From Candidatus Heimdallarchaeota archaeon (lineage in GTDB: Archaea > Asgardarchaeota > Heimdallarchaeia > Heimdallarchaeales > Heimdallarchaeaceae): 13,908 nt of DNA. Below are positions 8,166 through 13,908 of the stretch, one piece after another (within the stretch, counting starts at the first letter, position 1; each line of letters begins with the position of its first letter). Made by a program: the position numbers and the translations under genes. The DNA is taken from NCBI GenBank assembly GCA_030668825.1, contig DAOVET010000069.1, positions 1 to 13,908 on the forward strand, given 5' to 3'. The notes beneath the pieces are model-generated. The model ran no database searches and had not been told where the DNA came from. It saw only the letters and a list, made by a program, of their open reading frames with translations.

Positions 8166-9275
8166 ATGAGCACAGAAGACCAGTATATAGATAAAGATAA
8201 ATTGCACACATTTATGAAAGCTGTTTTTGTTGGTTTAGGCTACCCTGAAGAACAAGCTAAAGTCAGTGCTGATGTATTGATTGAATCAGATCTTAGAGGG
8301 ATTCGTTCACACGGTGTTCAGAGGTTAAAATATTATTATGTGAGAGTTAAATCTGGTCAACACCTTGTTGCAGATTTTGAAATAATCAAAGATAAAGAAG
8401 CAACAGCTGTAATTGATGGAAAACATGGGAATGGACATTATATCTCCTACCAAGCAATGGAATTAGCAATAGATAAAGCTAAGAAGTATGGAATAGGAAT
8501 GGTTGTTGTTAGAAATAGTACTCATTATGGAATAGCGGGTTATTATCCTTTAATGGCAATTAAAGAAGGATGCTTGGGAATAACAGGAACTAATGCACGT
8601 CCAGCTGTTGCACCAACTTTTGGAGGAGAGCCAATGTACGGAACAAATCCACTAACATTTGGTTTTCCAACAGATGAGGATTTTCCATTTGTCTTGGATT
8701 GTGCTACATCAATTATCCAGAGAGGAAAAGTGGAAATTGCAGCAAGAGATAATACTCCTTTACCCGATGGAGTTGTTATCGATAGAGAAACTGGTCAGAG
8801 TAGGACTGATGCAGCTCAGTTGCTAAAAGATTTTGTTGAAAACAAAGCTGCTCTACTAGCATTAGGTGGAGCTGGGGAAGAGTTGTCTGGGCATAAAGGA
8901 TATGGATATGCAACAGTAGTAGAAATTTTATCTGCAGCTTTACAAGGGGGAGTTTTCCTGAAAGAACTGTCTGGACTAGATAAAGATGGGAACAAAGTTC
9001 ATTTCAAAGTAGGTCATTTCTTCATAGCAATTGATCCTGAATTCTTCATGGGTCTTGATAACTTTAAATCAATAGCTGGAGGTATCTGTAGAGGGCTAAG
9101 GAATTCAGACAAAGTACCAGATGCTATTAGAATCTACACTGCTGGAGAAAAGGAATTTGATGCAGAAAAAGAGGTTAAGGAAAAAGGTGTTCCATTGAGT
9201 AGGAGCATCCAAGAAGATCTAGTATCCATGAGAGATGAGTTAGGATTAAAGGAATATACTTTCTCTTTTGAATAA
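8166..9275 (+). CDS. Ldh_2-family (malate/L-lactate/L-sulfolactate type, ComC-like) NAD(P)-dependent oxidoreductase
   Basis: Motifs SDLRGIRSHGVQRL, AIDKAKKYGIGMVVVRNSTHYGIAGYY, GTNPLTFGFP, FVLDCATS, GHKGYG, GHFFIAIDP and IYTAGEKE. Confidence 0.93.
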   Translation: MSTEDQYIDKDKLHTFMKAVFVGLGYPEEQAKVSADVLIESDLRGIRSHGVQRLKYYYVRVKSGQHLVADFEIIKDKEATAVIDGKHGNGHYISYQAMELAIDKAKKYGIGMVVVRNSTHYGIAGYYPLMAIKEGCLGITGTNARPAVAPTFGGEPMYGTNPLTFGFPTDEDFPFVLDCATSIIQRGKVEIAARDNTPLPDGVVIDRETGQSRTDAAQLLKDFVENKAALLALGGAGEELSGHKGYGYATVVEILSAALQGGVFLKELSGLDKDGNKVHFKVGHFFIAIDPEFFMGLDNFKSIAGGICRGLRNSDKVPDAIRIYTAGEKEFDAEKEVKEKGVPLSRSIQEDLVSMRDELGLKEYTFSFE

Positions 9276-9284
9276 AATATACTC

Positions 9285-10421
9285 TCAGACTCTATCTCTA
9301 ACTATCTCTTCTGGAGGAACAAAGGGGAAAACTTGGCGAACGATATCATCTGCTCTTTCAAATTGTGCAACATTCCCATCAAATTTGCTGATAGCAGATT
9401 TGAACATTTCACAGAAGTTCTCAGTGAAATGCTTTGCAGCTGTTTGAAGGATCCACGCATCGCTATCACTGATGATTAGGGTAGTGATATTTCTCTCTTT
9501 ATTCTCTACAACAATGAGTTTCTTATCTCTAAAACTAACTTTTCTTAAGTCCGTTTTAGCACCCGTTGTTTCAGAAATAAGGTACTTCAAAGCAGTAACT
9601 GTACCAGTGACGAGAATATCTTGATGAACTCTTTCAATTTCCTTAGTTCCTATACTTACAGAATAAAGCAAGAGTCCAGCATCATTGAAGATGAGTATTT
9701 TGTTGATTTTAGCAGGTAAGAGATAAACGTAGAAAGGATTGAAGATGAAAGCTAAAGCTAAAATGCCAAAAGTCAAACTGAAAGGGATGGCTCCATATAC
9801 TTGAAAGTAATTTTGTGTCCATCGTTCAAAAATCTTTAGAAAAGCTGCAATAAAGCCAATTCCTGTAGCAGTAGCAATGATAAAGCTAACACGTTTGAGT
9901 TTCTTATATTCTGCACGTATTGTGTCTTGTATATAAACATAAAACGCTTCACCTAAAACAAAAGCCTGGAAGATATTAAGGATAATTCTTGATACTCTGT
10001 ATTCAGGTTCAATCAAACTATATTCAATTTTGTAAACAAGTTCAAGAATAAGCACAATAAGATAACTTCCAATCAATGTTGAAGCTGTAGCTAGCAAGAA
10101 TGTATTGGGTTTTTCATGACGCATGAATTCCAAATAGAGAAACAGAACGAACAAAGCAATTGCTGAAGGGATCATATGAATCTCTAAAAGGGAACTTGCG
10201 TTAACTCTGTCACTATAATCCAAATAACCATAAACATACCAAAGAATGAAAATAATTATCTCAAATATACCTTGTAAGATAACTAGTCCAAATAACCAAA
10301 TAAACCAAGTGAAGCCAGTAATTTTATCCCTATATCTTCTATACATGAAATAACCTAGAATTAAAGAGATTATACCCATTTGAACAAGCTTAATCCATAG
10401 TTCACTAAGACTAGAAGCCAT
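9285..10421 (-). CDS. Seven-TM membrane protein fused to a C-terminal longin-like domain
   Basis: Seven hydrophobic segments in about aa 8-232, ending FIFNPFYVY. These are followed by ILIFNDAGLLLYS...DILVTGTVTALKYLISE...LRKVSFRDKKLIVVE...TTLIISD...AKHFTENFCEMF, the beta-beta-alpha-beta-beta-beta-alpha pattern of Asgard longin-like domains. Confidence 0.78.
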   Translation of the reverse strand: MASSLSELWIKLVQMGIISLILGYFMYRRYRDKITGFTWFIWLFGLVILQGIFEIIIFILWYVYGYLDYSDRVNASSLLEIHMIPSAIALFVLFLYLEFMRHEKPNTFLLATASTLIGSYLIVLILELVYKIEYSLIEPEYRVSRIILNIFQAFVLGEAFYVYIQDTIRAEYKKLKRVSFIIATATGIGFIAAFLKIFERWTQNYFQVYGAIPFSLTFGILALAFIFNPFYVYLLPAKINKILIFNDAGLLLYSVSIGTKEIERVHQDILVTGTVTALKYLISETTGAKTDLRKVSFRDKKLIVVENKERNITTLIISDSDAWILQTAAKHFTENFCEMFKSAISKFDGNVAQFERADDIVRQVFPFVPPEEIVRDRV

Positions 10422-10443
10422 AGCATAAATTATAACGTGCCTT

Positions 10444-10451
10444 CATATAAA
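10444..10451 (-). promoter_or_regulatory. TATA box for the 7TM-longin gene (leaderless)
   Basis: TTTATATG on the minus strand begins 30 nt before ATG 10421. Confidence 0.6.
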
Positions 10452-10470
10452 TTTAGCGTAGTATAAGCTA

Positions 10471-10571
10471 GAAGGAAAACGAGTTGGGAAGGGATGGGGG
10501 TCCCTTCCATAAGCTCTGCTGGTGGTTAAAAACTAGCGAGGATGCTAGCGGTGATATGTGGAGCATATCAC
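10471..10571 (-). ncRNA. Candidate ~100-nt structured small RNA with three hairpins
   Basis: GC-rich island with perfect stems at 10551-58/10564-71 (8 bp), 10533-37/10544-48 (5 bp) and 10487-94/10501-08 (8 bp plus a basal extension). A minus-strand TTTAAATA at 10600-10593 begins about 29 nt before the first stem, and a U-rich tail (GUUUUCCUUC) follows the last. Confidence 0.45.
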
Positions 10572-10713
10572 ATTAGATATGCAAGAAATAAGTATTTAAA
10601 CACCAAGATTTTTGGAGAAGTTGAAAAACCAGTCAATTTTTAATCTTAACGTCTCCAAACGTTATTTTGTGTAGTTAAGGACACAATAAACACTATATGT
10701 TTGTGATGGAAAT

Positions 10714-10721
10714 TTTATATA
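10714..10721 (+). promoter_or_regulatory. BRE-TATA promoter for the wHTH gene (leaderless)
   Basis: GGAAAT followed by TTTATATA, which begins 30 nt before ATG 10744. Confidence 0.65.
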
Positions 10722-10743
10722 GAGTCTTTCATTAGATATTTCG

Positions 10744-11112
10744 ATGGATTCTGAAGTAGAGAAAAATGATTACGAACTATTCCTATTACTGAGTACTCTA
10801 GGAGCAAACAAAATAAGAGCAGTGCTGATACTAGCTCATCTCTACCCAAAAGCCATTACAGCAACCCAATTATCTACTCTACTAGGATATTCGATGAAAG
10901 CTAGAACAATCTACAGAGGAATACTAGATGACTTGCAAGAAAGAGAACTGATCTTTCTAGACAAACTGACTCCGAAGGTGGCAAGCATTAGATTAAATCA
11001 TGAAAATGATCTCCTTAAGCGTTTAATAGAATTAGCTAAATCACATGGTGCGGACTACCTTAAAGTGATAGATGATTTGATGGGAAAGAAAAATGAAGAT
11101 GAGAACTACTGA
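10744..11112 (+). CDS. Winged helix-turn-helix protein (ArsR/TrmB/MarR-like), putative regulator
   Basis: NKIRAVLIL...KAITATQLSTLLGYSMKARTIYRGILDDLQERELI followed by a beta-hairpin wing (FLDK...ASIRLN). Confidence 0.72.
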   Translation: MDSEVEKNDYELFLLLSTLGANKIRAVLILAHLYPKAITATQLSTLLGYSMKARTIYRGILDDLQERELIFLDKLTPKVASIRLNHENDLLKRLIELAKSHGADYLKVIDDLMGKKNEDENY

Positions 11113-11707
11113 AGTCCAGTCATTGCTTAGGGCGGACAAAGGGATATCCAGAAATTGGATGAAGATTATTCTCTATACCATTTTAGGCGTATCAATAATC
11201 TTGTTAACGGTTTTTCTAGCTTCTTTTAGTGCTTCAGATTCAAGAGTACCCTTTACTATTTTTACACGAGAATTTCAAGATCAGGTAATAATTTTTACAG
11301 GCATAGACGCCCCAAAAGTTGAAGGGCTTGGTAAGCTGTTTAATGAACAATTACCTGGATGGTCTGTTTACCCCTTGATTTTCGCATGTTTGGGATTCTT
11401 GTCTTATCTCTCAGTAACATATATTAGTAGAAAAATGATCTTTGAAAACAAAAATTGGTTAACAAATTTACAAAAACAAGGATTGGTTCAAAATTATAGT
11501 GCTTTTAGCGATTTAATAATAACAACTAAAGCTGGGAAAATAATCATCTCTAAAAGCAATATGAGATACAAAATTAAACTACCAAAAATGGACAATTATG
11601 ATTTAACTAAATTCGGTTTAGTGCTTTCAGATCATACTCTAACAGGTTTCTGTTCTAAAGAGGAATTATCTAGTATAATTCACATCTATCTTTCGAAGGT
11701 TAACTAA
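11093..11707 (+). CDS. Hypothetical two-TM membrane protein with a basic cytoplasmic C-terminal domain
   Basis: TM1 IILYTILGVSIILLTVFLASF and TM2 WSVYPLIFACLGFLSYLSVTYI. It overlaps the wHTH gene by 20 nt, suggesting translational coupling. Confidence 0.7.
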   Translation: MKMRTTEVQSLLRADKGISRNWMKIILYTILGVSIILLTVFLASFSASDSRVPFTIFTREFQDQVIIFTGIDAPKVEGLGKLFNEQLPGWSVYPLIFACLGFLSYLSVTYISRKMIFENKNWLTNLQKQGLVQNYSAFSDLIITTKAGKIIISKSNMRYKIKLPKMDNYDLTKFGLVLSDHTLTGFCSKEELSSIIHIYLSKVN

Positions 11708-11854
11708 ATACTTCTCAGAATATCCTGTGATTCTATATCCTACTGTCATTAACTTGCTAATTCCACTCTCCATTTAGAGGTAGACTAGTAGGTTTCCAGT
11801 AAGGAGAATATTCTCCAATTCAATCAATCTTTTGTGTAGTTGCTTTATAGTTGC

Positions 11855-13246
11855 TTAACTGCCCTTTATAGTTATTTCAGTTGGTGGTTGAGCTGTAGTT
11901 GCAGTTACGTCATTACCATTACCATTTCCATTAGTGGCGATGTGCTCACGGAGATAGGATCCATTTTTCTTGTAGTCACCGTATGTTCCATTTGCAAGCT
12001 TATAGTTGATGTTTTCAATGACACTATCGTACATCCATTCATCATCTGTTTTCCAACCTTTCTTAGCCCAATCATAGCTGTCAAATTCGAATGTCCAATA
12101 CGTTCCATGTTTTCCAAAGAAATCTAGGGAGTATATTTTATAATCCTTAAATGAACTCCAGATAAGATAATTTATCTTAGAATCATAGTAAGGAGGCATT
12201 GAGAGCCTAAGAAATATTCCTTTGTTAAAGAGTTCAAAAAATGTTTGGAAGGGAATTTTTTCTTCATTTAAGAAGCGGAAAATTTGTGCTTTTTCTTGTT
12301 CAGGAATGTTCTCAATAAAATATGCTCTAGTTACATGTTGTTCAGACAGTTTTCGACTAAAGTTCCATCTAGGATTAGTTATAAGGTTGTTGAAAACCAA
12401 GCTGTAATACTTTCTGCCGAATTCTACTTTAGCTGCATCAGAGACGATGACTTTACCGTTTTCATTTTTAGGCATGTTCTTAGTATCGAAAAACGAACTA
12501 AGATTGTAAAGACAGGCTTCTTCAGCATCTGTTAACTTAATCTTCTTTGCCAAACTCTCGTAATAATCTCTATAATGTTTGACAAGTTCAGTTTGTTTTG
12601 ATCGGATATCAATAGTGGTACCATTTCTAACAGATGTTGTTAAGTCTCTTAATAGCATGAAATGAAGTGGTTCAATTAAATTAGAATCTATAGCAGAAGG
12701 TAGTCTAGGTAGTGTGGTACTCTTGTTAAGTCTCTTTTCCCAGAAAGAGATTACATCGAATTTTAATTTTTCAGGTTCGGAGGAGTAGCTTTTAAGTGGC
12801 TCAGGTTGAGACAAACGATAGCCCATAGATTTCATGATGAAATAGCTATCACAATACTCTTCGTTCAACAGATATTCAAGATATTTGGTGAAAATTGCTT
12901 CAGTGTTTGGTGGAAGATCAAAATGGGCATAAATTCCGAAGTTTTCCCCATAAAAGCGATTATACGCTCGAATATATTTGTGTTCAGATAGGGCGTTCTG
13001 TAACAATGTAAACTGGTGGAGAGAAGAAATTGAGAACATTACACCATATCTGGATAGGGAAAGTCTTTCAGGAATAAATGAAGCAATTGGAAAACGAAGT
13101 ATCTCTTTTTTCTTAAGTGATTCAACGCGACGAATCATGGTCTGTGGAGAAATACCAAGCCTTTCAGCCTGTTTAGAGTATGGTTCAAGTGTATAGTTTT
13201 GCAACACATTTAAGATTTTTTGATCAAGTATGTTCAGTTGATCCAT
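11855..13246 (-). CDS. Large Lrp/AsnC-like transcriptional regulator (N-terminal wHTH plus RAM-like domain, apparently duplicated)
   Basis: LNILDQKILNVLQ...EPYSKQAERLGISPQTMIRRVESLKKKEIL is an Lrp/AsnC HTH. A ferredoxin-like segment follows (YNRFYGENFGIYAHFDLP). The second half starts IEPLHFMLLRDL and has another beta-alpha module. SD-like GAGG lies 8 nt upstream of the ATG. Confidence 0.75.
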   Translation of the reverse strand: MDQLNILDQKILNVLQNYTLEPYSKQAERLGISPQTMIRRVESLKKKEILRFPIASFIPERLSLSRYGVMFSISSLHQFTLLQNALSEHKYIRAYNRFYGENFGIYAHFDLPPNTEAIFTKYLEYLLNEEYCDSYFIMKSMGYRLSQPEPLKSYSSEPEKLKFDVISFWEKRLNKSTTLPRLPSAIDSNLIEPLHFMLLRDLTTSVRNGTTIDIRSKQTELVKHYRDYYESLAKKIKLTDAEEACLYNLSSFFDTKNMPKNENGKVIVSDAAKVEFGRKYYSLVFNNLITNPRWNFSRKLSEQHVTRAYFIENIPEQEKAQIFRFLNEEKIPFQTFFELFNKGIFLRLSMPPYYDSKINYLIWSSFKDYKIYSLDFFGKHGTYWTFEFDSYDWAKKGWKTDDEWMYDSVIENINYKLANGTYGDYKKNGSYLREHIATNGNGNGNDVTATTAQPPTEITIKGS

Positions 13247-13311
13247 TTAAGTTCCTCTTTATTTTTTGTGTAGTTTTTTTGAAGTGCAAGAAACAACAGG
13301 AACGAAAGTAG

Positions 13312-13375
13312 GGAGTTATACAAGAAATGCATATATGTATAGTAGATACAATATGCGAAATCCTGTACAAGCTCC
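13312..13375 (-). promoter_or_regulatory. Long imperfect RNA hairpin upstream of the Lrp-like gene (candidate 5' leader element)
   Basis: Minus strand: GGAG-C-UUGUACAGGA-UUUC-GCAUAU-UGUAU-CUACU-AUACA-U-AUAUGC-AUU-UCUUGUAUAA-CUCC. This gives 25 bp, including two G-U wobbles that only form on the minus strand. Confidence 0.45.
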
Positions 13376-13403
13376 TCTCTTTTTTCCCCAGTTGAGAGAA
13401 CCC

Positions 13404-13419
13404 ATTTAGACCTCTAAAT
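13404..13419. promoter_or_regulatory. Perfect 7-2-7 inverted repeat, candidate operator
   Basis: ATTTAGA-CC-TCTAAAT. Confidence 0.3.
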
Positions 13420-13608
13420 ATTGTTTCTTGTGGTTTGACCCCTTGTTTTTGAGTTCAGTTTTAACTGGTGTGCCAGAACCTTTCCAAAGGAAATCAGGAG
13501 GGACGTCACGACCTCACGGACGTCTCCATATTCCTTTATTCGCCGAGAATTTGAGGAAAGGGGGTGGGGTTTTCTGGCGATTCTTAGTTTTAATTTTTGT
13601 CAGCGTGA

Positions 13609-13908
13609 TTAGATCTTGAAAGCTCCATATGCGTGAGAACCTATTGGCTCTAATGGACCTGCTCCTCCAGGAAGTAATTCTCCTATTGGTTCATCTTGTA
13701 CTGGACCTGCTCCTCCAGGAAGTAAGTCTCCTATTGGTTCATCCTGTACTGGACCTGCTCCTCCAGGAAGTAATTCTCCTATTGGTTCATCCTGCACTGG
13801 ACCTGCTCCTCCAGGAAGTAATTCTCCTATTGGTTCATCCTGCACTGGACCTGCTCCTCCAGCAAGTAATTCTCCTATTCGTTCATCATGCACTGGACCT
13901 GCACATAC
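13609..13908 (-). CDS. 3' end of a protein made of 16-aa tandem repeats (VQDEPIGELLPGGAGP); start lies beyond the window edge
   Basis: The frame is open to position 13908 (VCAGPVHDERIGELLAGGAGP...), so the track's GTG 13893 is probably not the start. Differences between the four inner units fall on third codon positions (GTG/GTA, CAG/CAA, GAA/GAC), which supports this frame. Confidence 0.75.
   Translation of the reverse strand, partial: VCAGPVHDERIGELLAGGAGPVQDEPIGELLPGGAGPVQDEPIGELLPGGAGPVQDEPIGDLLPGGAGPVQDEPIGELLPGGAGPLEPIGSHAYGAFKI
13655..13902. repeat. 48-bp tandem repeat, five full units plus partial units
   Basis: GGACCTGC recurs at 13655, 13703, 13751, 13799, 13847 and 13895, an exact 48-bp period with no spacers. 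Confidence 0.97.

Noticed and set aside
9725-9745. GPCR NPxxY motif at the end of TM7
   Set aside because: The sequence is NPFYVY, so the spacing does not match NPxxY, and there is no DRY motif or retinal-binding Lys in TM7. It is not evidence of GPCR or rhodopsin homology.
10468-10566. 32-aa minus-strand ORF (MLHISPLASS...) within the candidate sRNA
   Set aside because: It is short, has no recognisable features, and its start lies inside a perfect stem. The hairpins explain the sequence better, but a dual-function RNA cannot be excluded.
11840-13196. Six short ORFs overlapping the Lrp-like gene
   Set aside because: They are antisense or alternate-frame shadows with no recognisable features.
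11772-13419. ATTTAGAGGT in inverted orientation on both sides of the Lrp-like gene as possible terminal inverted repeats
   Set aside because: The match is only 10 bp in AT-rich DNA, with no transposase and no target-site duplication seen.
13495-13530. Possible hammerhead ribozyme (minus-strand GTCCGTGAGG resembles stem II)
   Set aside because: The conserved CUGAnGA and GAAA core elements are not in the required positions.
13428-13619. 63-aa plus-strand ORF
   Set aside because: It has a TTG start, atypical composition, and coincides with the hairpin block. Structured non-coding sequence explains it better, although coding is not excluded.
13655-13902. Possible CRISPR array
   Set aside because: The units are contiguous with no unique spacers, the period is a multiple of 3, variation is mostly synonymous, and there are no cas genes in the window.

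Overview
AT-rich, gene-dense archaeal window. Its content strongly suggests an Asgard archaeon, probably Heimdallarchaeia-like; this is inferred from the Rag-like and Arf-like GTPases, a longin-fused membrane protein, an Nre protein with a PIP box, and TATA-box promoters about 30 nt before start codons. Left to right: a 3'-truncated biotin carboxylase that the ORF track missed (-), a YcaQ/AlkZ-type crosslink glycosylase (-), NreA (-), a Rag/Gtr1-like GTPase (+), a VOC/glyoxalase gene remnant (+), a tungsten aldehyde:ferredoxin oxidoreductase (+), an Arf/Arl-like GTPase (+), a single-TM beta-rich protein (+), an Ldh_2-family dehydrogenase (+), a 7TM protein with a C-terminal longin-like domain (-), a candidate three-hairpin small RNA (-), a wHTH regulator overlapping a 2-TM protein gene (+), a long Lrp/AsnC-like regulator (-) with a highly structured upstream region, and the 3' end of a protein built from 48-bp/16-aa tandem repeats (-). 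Most interesting are the 7TM-longin protein near two eukaryote-like GTPases, the NreA-YcaQ pair, two structured non-coding regions that share sequence motifs, and the repeat protein.
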